This document shows positions 1 through 9,019 of a stretch of DNA of 64,000 nucleotides, piece after piece. This stretch comes from an uncultured Acidimicrobiaceae bacterium (GTDB lineage Bacteria > Actinomycetota > Acidimicrobiia > Acidimicrobiales > RAAP-2): contig CAVWKX010000002.1 of the NCBI GenBank assembly GCA_963755655.1, positions 44,837 to 108,836 of the forward strand, written 5' to 3'. Both the position numbers and the translations under genes were made by a program. Below the pieces are notes generated by a model. The model searched no databases and was not told the DNA's origin. It worked only from the letters and a program-made list of their open reading frames with translations. Every line of letters starts with the position of its first letter. Position 1 is the stretch's first letter.

Positions 1-1
1 G

Positions 2-907
2 GAGATCGCGCTCGTGATGCTGCAGGCCTATAACGACTGGGCCATCGACGAGTGGTGCGGGGAATACCCGGGCCGTTTCATTCCGCTCGGCATCGTGCCC
101 ATGTGGGACGTCGAGGCCTCGGTCGCCGAGGTGCGGCGCATCGCCAAGAAGGGGTGCCGGTCCATCAGCTTCCTCGAGACGCCCCACGTGCAGGGATTCC
201 CCAGTTTCCTGTCGGGCTACTGGGACCCGATGTTCGCCGCGCTGAGCGAGGAGAACATGGTGCTCTCGCTCCACATCGGCGCCGGCTTCAACGTCATCCG
301 GAAGCCCGAGGAGGCGCCGATGGACCACCTGATGGTGCTGGCCTGTCAGATCAGCGCCATCACCGCCCAGGACCTGTTGTTCGGGCCGACGCTGCGGCGG
401 TTCCCCGACCTCAAGGTCGCCCTCTCCGAGGGCGGGATCGGCTGGATCCCCTTCTACTTCGACCGTATCGACCGGCACTTCACCAACCAGGAGTGGATGC
501 ACTCCGACTTCGGCGGCAAGCTCCCCTCCGAGGTCTTCCGCGATCACATCCTGGCCTGCTACATCACCGATCCGTCGGGCCTGCTGCTGCGGGACCGCAT
601 CGGCATCGAGGGCATTGCCTGGGAGTGCGACTACCCGCACACCGACACGACCTGGCCCACCTCCCCCGAGTACGCCTGGAAGGAATTCCAGGACGCCGGT
701 TGTCGGGACGACGAGATCCACAAGATCACCTGGGAGAACGCCTGCCGCTTCTACGGGTGGGATCCGTTCCTCCACACACCGAGGGAGCAGGCGACCGTGC
801 GCGCGCTGCGGGCGGCGACGCCCGACGTCGACGTCACCCGGATGTCGAAGGACGCATGGCGCACCCGCAACGAGGCCGCCGGGATCGGCATTGTGAGCGC
901 GGTCTAG
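2..907 (+). CDS. amidohydrolase-2 family metal-dependent hydrolase (5' end outside window)
   Basis: Frame is open from the window edge (EIALVMLQAYNDW...). ECDYPHTD motif near the C-terminus is typical of PF04909-type amidohydrolases. GC3 is high. Confidence 0.8.
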   Translation, partial: EIALVMLQAYNDWAIDEWCGEYPGRFIPLGIVPMWDVEASVAEVRRIAKKGCRSISFLETPHVQGFPSFLSGYWDPMFAALSEENMVLSLHIGAGFNVIRKPEEAPMDHLMVLACQISAITAQDLLFGPTLRRFPDLKVALSEGGIGWIPFYFDRIDRHFTNQEWMHSDFGGKLPSEVFRDHILACYITDPSGLLLRDRIGIEGIAWECDYPHTDTTWPTSPEYAWKEFQDAGCRDDEIHKITWENACRFYGWDPFLHTPREQATVRALRAATPDVDVTRMSKDAWRTRNEAAGIGIVSAV

Positions 908-1009
908 CCTCCAGCACTCCGACGATCGCCATGCCGACAGATCAGACCGCAAGCACCCTGCAGTCGCGCCCGAGAAAGAGAACCACGTGAGTGAGCAGCA
1001 AGGAGCCCC

Positions 1010-2152
1010 ATGCTCCTGAACCTGAGCGAAGACCAGCAGTTCTTTCGCGAGACCACCGACCGCTTCCTGACCGAGCAGGTGCCGCCCGACACCCTGCGGC
1101 AACTCCGTCATGACCCGACCGGCTACGACCCCGCCTACTGGCGCCGTGGCGCCGAGCTGGGATGGACCTCGTTGCTGGTGAGCGAAGCCCACGGCGGCGG
1201 CACCATCAGCGACTCGGGCCTCGTGGACGCGGGCCTCGTCGCTTACGAGTTCGGCCGTCACGCCGCACCCGGGCCCTTGGCCGTCGTCAACGTGGTGGCC
1301 GCCGCCCTGAGCGAGCACGAAGCGGCGCCCCACGTGCTGGCCGGCCTGCTCTCGGGAGAGAGCATCGCCACCTGGTGCGCGCCGCCTTTCGGTTCGATCA
1401 GGTGGGAGCCGACCGTCGAGGCGAGCCGGTCGGGCAACGACCTCGTCCTGCGAGGTGAGGTCGCGATTGTGGAGTCGGCCGGCCAGGCGGACCACCTGCT
1501 CGTGACGTGCCGTGACCAGAGCGGTACGGGCGTGACCCAGGTCCTCGTGCCGGCAACGACGCCGGGGGTCACCACGGCACCGATGCACACGGTCGATCTG
1601 ACCCGGCGCTTCGGCGTCGTGAGCTTCGACGAGGTGACGGTGCCGGCGAGCGCGGTGGTCGGACCCGACGGCGAAGCCCGCTCGCAGGTCCACCGTCAGT
1701 TCGAGCAGCTCATCGTCCTGTTGAACGCGGAGTCGGTCGGCGCCATGCAGGCGGCTTTCGACATGACCGTCGAGTGGGCCTTCGACCGCTACTCGTTCGG
1801 ACGACCGCTGGCGTCGTACCAGGCCCTCAAGCACCGGTTCGCCGACATGTACATGTGGCTCCAGTCGGGCCATGCCACCAGCGACGCAGCCTGCGCCGCC
1901 GTGGCGTCAGGCGACCCCGGCGCGGCCGAGTTGGTGAGTGCGGCGAAGGCCTACATCGGCGAGTACGGCGCCGAGTTGGTGCAGGACTGCACGCAAATGC
2001 ACGGGGGCATCGGGGTGACGTTCGAGCACGACCTCCATCTCTTCCTCCGACGGGTGACGGTGAATCGTGCCCTCGCCGGAACGCCGGAGGACCATCACCA
2101 GCGGATCACCGCCTTCATCGATGCACGGGAGCGGGAAGGGGCGGCGGCGTGA
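1010..2152 (+). CDS. acyl-CoA dehydrogenase family protein (possible non-catalytic partner subunit)
   Basis: 380 aa with AAGGAG shortly upstream of the ATG. ACAD-type C-terminus HGGIGVTFEHDLHLFLRR. Its stop overlaps the next ACAD start (GTGA at 2149-2152). Confidence 0.85.
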   Translation: MLLNLSEDQQFFRETTDRFLTEQVPPDTLRQLRHDPTGYDPAYWRRGAELGWTSLLVSEAHGGGTISDSGLVDAGLVAYEFGRHAAPGPLAVVNVVAAALSEHEAAPHVLAGLLSGESIATWCAPPFGSIRWEPTVEASRSGNDLVLRGEVAIVESAGQADHLLVTCRDQSGTGVTQVLVPATTPGVTTAPMHTVDLTRRFGVVSFDEVTVPASAVVGPDGEARSQVHRQFEQLIVLLNAESVGAMQAAFDMTVEWAFDRYSFGRPLASYQALKHRFADMYMWLQSGHATSDAACAAVASGDPGAAELVSAAKAYIGEYGAELVQDCTQMHGGIGVTFEHDLHLFLRRVTVNRALAGTPEDHHQRITAFIDAREREGAAA

Positions 2153-3426
2153 GCGCCTTGCGAGTGGAGACATCGGAGGAGCTGGAGAGCCTGGAGGACT
2201 TCCGGCAGCGGGCACGGTCCTTTCTCCGGGCCAACCTGCGACGGGTCAGTCCCGAGGAGTTGCGGTGGGAGCGCAACAACAACGACGACGAGGCTGAGCT
2301 CGCCACCGTCGCCCGCGATCGTGAGATCCAGCGCATGCTGTTCGACGCCGACCTGGCCGGCATCTGCTTCCCCCGCGAGTACGGCGGGCAGGGGTTGTCC
2401 TTCGAGCATCAAAAGGTTCTCAACGAGGAGTTCGCGGGCTACGAGTACCCGCTGCGGGTGCAGATCCCCACGCTTTCGCCGTGTGCCGCCGTCATTCTCG
2501 AGTTCGGCACGGAGGAGCAGAAGCTGCGCCACCTTCCCGCCATTCTGAAGGGCGAGGAGCTGTGGATGCAGTTCCTCTCGGAGCCGAGCGGCGGCTCCGA
2601 CGTGGCCGGGGCGCTGACCACGGCCGTACGCGACGGGGAGCAGTGGATCCTCAATGGGTCCAAGGTGTGGACATCGGGAGCGTGGTGGTCGGACTGGGGG
2701 CTCTGTCTGGCCCGGACCAACTGGGACCAGCCGAAGCACCGTGGCTTGACGGTGTTCATGCTGCCGATCCACCAGCCCAACGTGGAGGTGCACCGCATCG
2801 AAATGAACAATGGCTCGCGGGAGTTCTGCCAGGAGTTCATGACCGATGTCATCGTCCCCGACACTGACCGCGTCGGCGCCGTCGACGAGGGCTGGACCGT
2901 GGGCACGCGCTGGATGTTCCACGAGCGCATGCTCTACAACTCGTCCCTCGTGACCGAGCCCGTCGGCCTGGCCCACGGGAGCCAGGATGCGAAGATCGTC
3001 TACGACATCGCCCGGGCGCACGGCAGCCTCGACGACGCGACGGCGCGTGACCACATCGGCGAGGCCCGCGTGCTGGAGCTGGTCGTCAATCAGCTGGCCG
3101 AGCGGGTCGGTGAGGGAGTGCGGACGGGCCGCATGTCCGACCAGGCGGCGGGGCTCGTGCGGTTGTTCAAGGGCACCTCGGTGTCGCGCGTCGTGACGCT
3201 GGCCTTCAACGTCGCCGGCGCCTCGGGCGCAGCCTGGACCGAGGGCGACATTGCCGCGAACAGCGCCATCAACTTCCTCATGCGCCAGGCAGGCAGCATC
3301 GGAGGCGGCACGACCGAGATGGCGCGCAACGTGATCAGCGAGCGCGTGCTGGGCATGCCACGGGAGCGTCGGCTGGACAAGGACGTGCCCTTCCGCGACG
3401 TGCCTCGTAGCCCCTCGACCAAATAG
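2149..3426 (+). CDS. acyl-CoA dehydrogenase
   Basis: GTG 2149 is in frame with track ORF 1774..3426, whose upstream part is run-in through the previous gene. ACAD middle domain is present. GGTTEMARNVISERVLGMP matches the catalytic-Glu region. Confidence 0.85.
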   Translation: MSALRVETSEELESLEDFRQRARSFLRANLRRVSPEELRWERNNNDDEAELATVARDREIQRMLFDADLAGICFPREYGGQGLSFEHQKVLNEEFAGYEYPLRVQIPTLSPCAAVILEFGTEEQKLRHLPAILKGEELWMQFLSEPSGGSDVAGALTTAVRDGEQWILNGSKVWTSGAWWSDWGLCLARTNWDQPKHRGLTVFMLPIHQPNVEVHRIEMNNGSREFCQEFMTDVIVPDTDRVGAVDEGWTVGTRWMFHERMLYNSSLVTEPVGLAHGSQDAKIVYDIARAHGSLDDATARDHIGEARVLELVVNQLAERVGEGVRTGRMSDQAAGLVRLFKGTSVSRVVTLAFNVAGASGAAWTEGDIAANSAINFLMRQAGSIGGGTTEMARNVISERVLGMPRERRLDKDVPFRDVPRSPSTK

Positions 3427-3454
3427 CCCCGCCCCGCAGCACATCGTCACCGAT

Positions 3455-3478
3455 CCGAATCCGAAGCCGAATCCGAAG
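3455..3478. repeat. CCGAATCCGAAG x2 tandem repeat (hexamer CCGAAK x4) overlapping an RBS
   Basis: Exact 12-mers at 3455-3466 and 3467-3478, immediately upstream of GTG 3490. Confidence 0.6.
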
Positions 3479-3489
3479 GAGTCCATTTC

Positions 3490-4347
3490 GTGCCCATCGC
3501 AGAGATCAACGGATTGTCGTTGGCGTACGACGTGATCGGGGAGTCGGGCCAGCCCTGGGTGATCACGCCCGGCGGGCGCTTCACCAAGGAGTCACCCGGC
3601 GTGCGACAGCTGGCCGAAGCGCTGGCCGAGCACGGCAACAAGGTGCTGATCTGGGACCGTCCCAACTGTGGCGAGTCCGACGTGTGCTTCGAGGGATCGT
3701 CGGAGTCCGCCATGCAGGCCGACGCGCTCGCCGGGCTGCTCACCCACCTCGACATGACGCCCGCCATCATCGCCGGCGGCTCGGGCGGTGCCCGCGTGTC
3801 GCTCCTTACCGCCGCCCGCCACCCCGAGACGGCGGCCGGCCTGGCGATCTGGTGGATCAGCGGCGGCGTCTACGGCCTCCTCTCGTTGGCCACGCACTAC
3901 TGCGGGGGATCGGTGCAGGCGGCTTGGACCCAGGGCATGGAGGCCGTGGCGGATCTGCCCGAATGGGCTGAGGTACAGGAGCAGAACCTGTCCAACCGGG
4001 ATCGCTTCCTGGCGCAGGACCCGGCGACGTTCATCGCGACCATGGAGCGCTGGATGCTGGCCTACGTCCCACGGGCCGACGAGCCCGTGCCCGGACTGCC
4101 CGTCGCGGACGCCGAAGCTCTTGGCATTCCGGCACTGGTCTTCCGCAGCGGGGTCAGCGACCCGCACCACACGAGGGCGACGTCGGAGGCCCTGGCCGCC
4201 ATTCTGCCCGGCGCCCGCCTCGTCGAGCCGCCGTGGGGAGATCGCGAGTGGATCGAGCGCGGCGAGGCACGAGAGGAAGGGCTGTTTGCCCGCTGGACCC
4301 TCTTGGCTCCGCAGCTCCTGGAGTGGAAGGCCGAAGTTCTGGGCTGA
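3490..4347 (+). CDS. alpha/beta-fold hydrolase
   Basis: 285 aa with a GTG start downstream of GAAGGAG. Nucleophile elbow is AGGSGGA (G-x-S-x-G). Confidence 0.8.
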   Translation: MPIAEINGLSLAYDVIGESGQPWVITPGGRFTKESPGVRQLAEALAEHGNKVLIWDRPNCGESDVCFEGSSESAMQADALAGLLTHLDMTPAIIAGGSGGARVSLLTAARHPETAAGLAIWWISGGVYGLLSLATHYCGGSVQAAWTQGMEAVADLPEWAEVQEQNLSNRDRFLAQDPATFIATMERWMLAYVPRADEPVPGLPVADAEALGIPALVFRSGVSDPHHTRATSEALAAILPGARLVEPPWGDREWIERGEAREEGLFARWTLLAPQLLEWKAEVLG

Positions 4348-4398
4348 ATCGTCCGCTTCTGCGCGCTCCCTTCGGGCGGCCGGGACCGTTCTTTCTCG

Positions 4399-4665
4399 AT
4401 GTCCAAGAATCCCTTCGACGCCATCGACGCGAACTTCGATCGCCTCTTGTCGGCGTCCTCAGACGAAGAAGTCATTGCATGCCGCGAGGCCTGCTCTCGG
4501 CGAATGCGGCGGATTGTCGCGAGGGAGAAGGAACTCGACCAGAACAGCTCTGGCGAAGCAAGGGCTCTGACGGACCGGGAAGCGATCGAGCGCTACGGCA
4601 CCGGGGCCCTGATCCTCAGAGCCTTGGTGCGAGGAAGGACGACCCGCTCTGGAGCGCCGGCCTGA
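4399..4665 (+). CDS. hypothetical small protein
   Basis: 88-aa ORF with no recognisable motif, convergent with the TetR gene. Confidence 0.35.
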   Translation: MSKNPFDAIDANFDRLLSASSDEEVIACREACSRRMRRIVAREKELDQNSSGEARALTDREAIERYGTGALILRALVRGRTTRSGAPA

Positions 4666-4677
4666 CTGGAGAGGATC

Positions 4678-5385
4678 TCAGTCGGCGACGAGATCCTCGG
4701 CTGGCGTGGCGACTGACCCCGTCGTCGCAGGTTCCTGCAGCCCGAGCGCGTTGACGAAGAGGCGGGTCAGCTGCTCCACGCCGAGGTCGAAGTCGCAGTC
4801 GACGAGCCCCTGCACGAACCACATCTCGGGGAAACGGTACGTCATCGCTCCGAGTCCGGCGGCGGCGATGGCGGGGTCGAGACCCGGGTCGGCCAATTCG
4901 TGTTGTTGCAGGCGACGTATGGAGTCGGCAATCTCTGCGGACGAGATGTGATGGCGCTCGTTACGGGAGGCGCGTAGGTCATCGTCGAAGCGTGAGACCT
5001 GTTCGATCACACCCATGATCCGGGCCTCGTCCCGGTAGCTCTCGAAGTTCCGCCGGATGCCCTCGTGGATCCGCTCGTAGGGGGATGCGGTGGAGTTCGG
5101 GTCGAGGATCACGCTGTAGAGCGGCTCTCTCAGTCGCTGCTCCACCTCGGCCGCCACCTCCCGGAAGACCTCTTCCTTCGATTCGAAGTAGTGGTAGAAG
5201 GACCCGTGCGACAGGCCGGCTCGCTCGGCAATGTCGGAGATCCGGGCATCGAGGAACCCGTCCTGCTCGAAGACCTCTTTTGCTGCCGCGAGGAGGCGCG
5301 CCCGCGTCTCGATTCCTTTGCGAGAACGAGGACCACTGGGCTTCTCGCTCGCGTCCGAGGCCGTCGTGGGATCGGGATCTGGCAT
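4678..5385 (-). CDS. TetR family transcriptional regulator
   Basis: ATG at 5385. HTH is ISDIAERAGLSHGSFYHYF. The track ORF extension to 5913 is run-in. Only a 5-nt gap separates it from the upstream gene's stop (5391), which suggests one operon. Confidence 0.9.
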   Translation of the reverse strand: MPDPDPTTASDASEKPSGPRSRKGIETRARLLAAAKEVFEQDGFLDARISDIAERAGLSHGSFYHYFESKEEVFREVAAEVEQRLREPLYSVILDPNSTASPYERIHEGIRRNFESYRDEARIMGVIEQVSRFDDDLRASRNERHHISSAEIADSIRRLQQHELADPGLDPAIAAAGLGAMTYRFPEMWFVQGLVDCDFDLGVEQLTRLFVNALGLQEPATTGSVATPAEDLVAD

Positions 5386-5390
5386 CGACG

Positions 5391-7055
5391 TCACGCGTCC
5401 TTCCGCTGCAACAGCAAGACGCCGGAGGGCGTCCCACCTCCGGAAGTGACCACGGCGGACTTGGCATCGGCCACCTGACGCGCGCCGGCGTCGTGGCGCA
5501 ACTGGGTCACCGCTTCGTAGAGGAAGCCGAAACCATGGCTGCGGCCTTCCGAGAGTTGCCCGCCGTGCGGGTTGACCGGGAGCTCGCCGTCGAGCGCGAT
5601 GCGACGGCCTCCGTCGAGCCAGTCGTAGGCCTCGCCGAAGCCACAGAATCCGAGGCCCTCGAGCCAGGAGATGGCATTGAAGGTGAAGCCGTCGTAGACA
5701 AGCGCCAGATCCACCTCGGACGGCTGCATATCGGTCCGCGTCCAGAGGTGCGCGGCCTGGCCGATGACCTGCGGCTCGTGGGTCAGGGTGTCCTGGTCCC
5801 ACGACACCCGCTCGAGGATCTGAGTGCCCACCGCCTCGATGCGCACCGCCGGGTGCGGGAGGTCGTCGGCCACCGACGCCGCCGAGACGATGACGGCGAT
5901 GGAGCCGTCGCACGGCACATCACAGTCGTAGAGCCCGAACGGGGAGGTGATGGGCCGCGCCGAGAGGTAGTCGTCCATCGTCATGGGGTCGCGGTAGATG
6001 GCGTTCGGGTTCAGGGCGGCATTGCGCCGTCCGTTGAGAGCGATCAACCCCAGCATCTCGCGCGGTGCGCCGTAGCGGTGCATGTACTGCGTGGCGTTCA
6101 TGCCGATCCAGTTGGCGGCGGACATGGCGCCGAAGGGAGCTCGCCATTCGCGGAACGGGCCCGAGACTCGTTCTGCCCGCTTCCTGCCGCCGCGCCCATC
6201 TGCTGCGGCGGCCTGCGCCGCTTGCGCCGTCAGGACGGCGAAGGTGGATTCCCACACGGTTCGGAAGCACAGGACGTGGCGGCAGAGGCCAGAGGCCACG
6301 GCCAAGGCCGCCGCAATGACCGAACCGCCCGGGCCGGGGAGGTCGCCGCCCCCGTTGATCCACGTGGGGTGGATGCGAAGTGCCTCTTCGACGGCACTGA
6401 TGCCCCCCTCGCTCATGCCGCCGCCACTCATTCCCGGATAGGTCGACAGTCCGTCGATGTCCTCGATCGTCAGCCCGGCGTCGGCGATCGCCGCCAGGCT
6501 GGCATCGACGGCGAGTGACAGCGGGTCGACCATCAGCCGCCGGCCGAAGGTGGAACGACCGATGCCACTCAGGACGACATTGTGCTCGAAGCGTTCCTCG
6601 CTCAGGGGCGCGCGGGGGAGCGGCCGCACTGGTTCATCGACACGGTCGACGGAGTCGAGCTCGCCGGTCAGCTCGAACAGGGGTAACCAGACGTCCTCTT
6701 GCTGCTCGAAGCGCACCGCGACTTTCTGTGCGATCTGGACGTCGGCCGGGTCGCACCCGACGATGTTGGTCGTGAGGTGGACGCGGGGGTCTTCTTCCAG
6801 CGCCACGTTGGCGATCACGTAGGGGGGATCAAGACCCGGCAGCCAGCGATGGGCGTTGACCGTGAACCCCACGATCGTCCCCCGGCCCGAGACAGGCGTC
6901 GGTTTCGGCGACCGGCTCCGGCAGTAGGGGCAGATGGGCACGGGAGGATGGACCAGCTGGCCGCAGTCGCTGCACCCCTGAATGCGCAGGACGCCGTCGG
7001 AGCCGGAGGTCCAGAACCATTCATTGGCTGGGGTCAGCTCAGGAAGCGGCCGCAC
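5391..7055 (-). CDS. DUF35 (Zn-ribbon/OB-fold) fused to thiolase-fold (SCP-x/Ltp-like) protein
   Basis: N-terminus has CSDCGQLVHPPVPICPYC plus an OB-fold region, followed by a thiolase-like domain (VVLSGIGRSTFGRR...NPHGGQLSEGRSHG). The likely start is GTG 7055, preceded by GGAAGGGG. The track start TTG 7154 is less plausible. Confidence 0.8.
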   Translation of the reverse strand: MRPLPELTPANEWFWTSGSDGVLRIQGCSDCGQLVHPPVPICPYCRSRSPKPTPVSGRGTIVGFTVNAHRWLPGLDPPYVIANVALEEDPRVHLTTNIVGCDPADVQIAQKVAVRFEQQEDVWLPLFELTGELDSVDRVDEPVRPLPRAPLSEERFEHNVVLSGIGRSTFGRRLMVDPLSLAVDASLAAIADAGLTIEDIDGLSTYPGMSGGGMSEGGISAVEEALRIHPTWINGGGDLPGPGGSVIAAALAVASGLCRHVLCFRTVWESTFAVLTAQAAQAAAADGRGGRKRAERVSGPFREWRAPFGAMSAANWIGMNATQYMHRYGAPREMLGLIALNGRRNAALNPNAIYRDPMTMDDYLSARPITSPFGLYDCDVPCDGSIAVIVSAASVADDLPHPAVRIEAVGTQILERVSWDQDTLTHEPQVIGQAAHLWTRTDMQPSEVDLALVYDGFTFNAISWLEGLGFCGFGEAYDWLDGGRRIALDGELPVNPHGGQLSEGRSHGFGFLYEAVTQLRHDAGARQVADAKSAVVTSGGGTPSGVLLLQRKDA

Positions 7056-7136
7056 GGGACCCCTTCCATCCGTCTCGGGCGTGGCGGGGGCGAGTGGCCG
7101 GCCACCGAGTGGAGCCGCCGAGCCCCCGGCCCGGTT

Positions 7137-7150
7137 TTGACGTCGACGTC
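7137..7150. promoter_or_regulatory. TTGACGTCGACGTC motif in the divergent thiolase/mmsA intergenic region
   Basis: Member of the recurrent TTGACGT motif family (see findings). Contains two overlapping GACGTC palindromes. Confidence 0.35.
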
Positions 7151-7351
7151 GCAATCGAACACGTTGGCTATGTTACGTGCCGTGGGAGGCCCCGTCCGAG
7201 TCTGTGCCGGCTGGACCCTCGGGTGGCAGGTCCTGCCGCGCGAGCCTGTTTTGTTCTATGGCTTGGCCGGTGGGACCTGGACCGTTGCCCGCCCCTTGGG
7301 GGAATCCGCCTCGAGACCTCACCCCCGATGCGGGCCGTAAGATCCGCGACG

Positions 7352-8878
7352 ATGGCGCAGAGCTCGACAGATCCGGAATCGGCTGGCCCTGGCCTGCGGC
7401 ACATCGGCCACTGGGTCGCCGGTCGGGCTGCGCCCGGCACCTCGGGCCGGACGGTGCCCGTCTACGACCCCGCCCGAGGGGTGCAGACCGGTGAGGTCGC
7501 GCTGGCTTCGGCCGCGGAGGTGGATGCCGTCGTCGCGGCGGCGGTCGAGGCATCACACGAGTGGAGATCCTCCTCCCTCACCCGACGGGCCAGCCTGCTC
7601 TTCCGTCTCCGCGAGCTGCTCGATGCGAGCCGAGACGAACTTGCTGCCGCGGTCACCCGTGAGCACGGCAAGGTTCTGGAGGATGCGAAGGGAGAGGTGG
7701 CGCGCGGCATCGAAAATGTCGAGTTCGCCTGCGGCATCCCAAACCTGCTGAAGGGATCGTCCAATTCGGAGATCTCGACTGGCATTGACATTCGCACCGT
7801 CCTCGAACCCCTGGGCGTCGTTGCCGGCATCACCCCGTTCAACTTCCCGATCATGGTGCCGTTGTGGATGATGGCCAATGCCATCGCCTGCGGTAACTGC
7901 TTCGTGCTGAAGCCGTCCGAGAAGGACCCTTCGGTTTCGCTCGTCCTGGCCGAGATCGTGCAGCGGGCGGGGTTCCCCGACGGCGTCTTCAGTGTCGTGC
8001 AGGGCGACCGCGAGGCGGTCGAGACCTTGCTGGCCCACACCGACGTGGCCGCGATCTCCTTCGTGGGCAGCACGCCGGTGGCGCGTCACATCTACGAGAC
8101 TGGGACGCGTCACGGCAAGCGGGTCCAGGCGCTGGGCGGCGCGAAGAACCACATGGTGGTGCTCCCCGATGCCGACCTCGACGCTGCCGCCGACGCGGCG
8201 GTATCCGCCGCCTACGGGTCGGCCGGCGAACGGTGCATGGCGATCTCGGTGGTCGTGGCAGTAGGTCCGGTAGCCGACCCGCTCATCGACGCCATCGCCA
8301 TCCGGATTCCCGACGTGGTGGTCGGTGCGGGTGACGACCAGGCGTCCCTGATGGGGCCGCTTATCACGGCGGAGCATCGCGACCGTGTGCAGTGGTACGT
8401 CGAGCGCGCGGCCGAAGAGGGCGCCAAGGTCGTGGTGGATGGGTCGGCCACTGCTCTGGAGCACGGGTTCTTCATGGGCTGCTCCCTGCTCGACGACGTG
8501 AAGCCCGGCATGCGCGTCTATGACGACGAGATCTTCGGACCCGTGCTGAGCGTGGTGCGGGTGCCCACGTTCGATGAGGCCCTCGCGCTCGTGAACGACA
8601 ATCCCTACGGCAACGGCACCGCATTGTTCACCCGGGACGGCGGCATGGCGCGGCGGTTCGAACGTGAGGTCCAGGTCGGGATGGTCGGCATCAACGTCCC
8701 GATCCCCGTACCGGTGGCGTCGCACTCCTTCGGTGGGTGGAAGGCCTCGATCTTCGGGGACGCGTCCATCTACGGTCCCGACGGCATCCGCTTCTACACC
8801 CGGCCCAAGGTCGTCACCTCCCGTTGGCCCGAACCGGGCCCGAGCAGCGTGCAACTGCATTTTCCGACCAACCGCTGA
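7352..8878 (+). CDS. mmsA: CoA-acylating methylmalonate-semialdehyde dehydrogenase
   Basis: 508 aa from ATG 7352; the track ORF from 7094 is run-in. Aldehyde-DH motifs FNFPIMVPLWM and VLKPSEKDP. C-terminal GINVPIPVP...FGGWKASIFGD is typical of MMSDH. Confidence 0.9.
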   Translation: MAQSSTDPESAGPGLRHIGHWVAGRAAPGTSGRTVPVYDPARGVQTGEVALASAAEVDAVVAAAVEASHEWRSSSLTRRASLLFRLRELLDASRDELAAAVTREHGKVLEDAKGEVARGIENVEFACGIPNLLKGSSNSEISTGIDIRTVLEPLGVVAGITPFNFPIMVPLWMMANAIACGNCFVLKPSEKDPSVSLVLAEIVQRAGFPDGVFSVVQGDREAVETLLAHTDVAAISFVGSTPVARHIYETGTRHGKRVQALGGAKNHMVVLPDADLDAAADAAVSAAYGSAGERCMAISVVVAVGPVADPLIDAIAIRIPDVVVGAGDDQASLMGPLITAEHRDRVQWYVERAAEEGAKVVVDGSATALEHGFFMGCSLLDDVKPGMRVYDDEIFGPVLSVVRVPTFDEALALVNDNPYGNGTALFTRDGGMARRFEREVQVGMVGINVPIPVPVASHSFGGWKASIFGDASIYGPDGIRFYTRPKVVTSRWPEPGPSSVQLHFPTNR

Positions 8879-8879
8879 T

Positions 8880-8903
8880 CCCTCCCGAAGCACTCGGTGA
8901 GGG
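8880..8903 (+). terminator. stem-loop just after the mmsA stop
   Basis: CCCTCCCGA-agcac-TCGG(T)GAGGG forms a 9-bp stem with a 1-nt bulge and no U-tract. Confidence 0.4.
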
Positions 8904-8983
8904 GGATATGAGTGGGGTTCGGAGTTCCGAAGCCGGTCGGATGGCCCGGGCGGCGGGAGGGTTGGGCCGGCAGTTCTATGACA

Positions 8984-9012
8984 TTGACGTCACAGTCAGA
9001 AATCAATATCCT
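8984..9012 (+). promoter_or_regulatory. sigma-70-like promoter giving a leaderless amidohydrolase mRNA
   Basis: TTGACG (8984-8989), a 17-nt spacer, TATCCT (9007-9012), then 7 nt to ATG 9020. There is no RBS. Confidence 0.5.
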
Positions 9013-9019
9013 CTTCACT

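Noticed and set aside
7056-7154. TTG 7154 as the start of the DUF35-thiolase gene.
   Set aside because: The first 33 codons are low-complexity and overlap the TTGACGTCGACGTC element. GTG 7055 has a GGAAGGGG RBS and gives a typical DUF35 N-terminus. This call remains uncertain.
8984-8989. Treating every TTGACG occurrence as an operator.
   Set aside because: At 8984 and 61189 the hexamer is perfectly placed as a -35 box, so some copies may be ordinary promoter elements. Only the extended similarities (17 of 21 and 12 of 14 positions) are reported as regulatory candidates.
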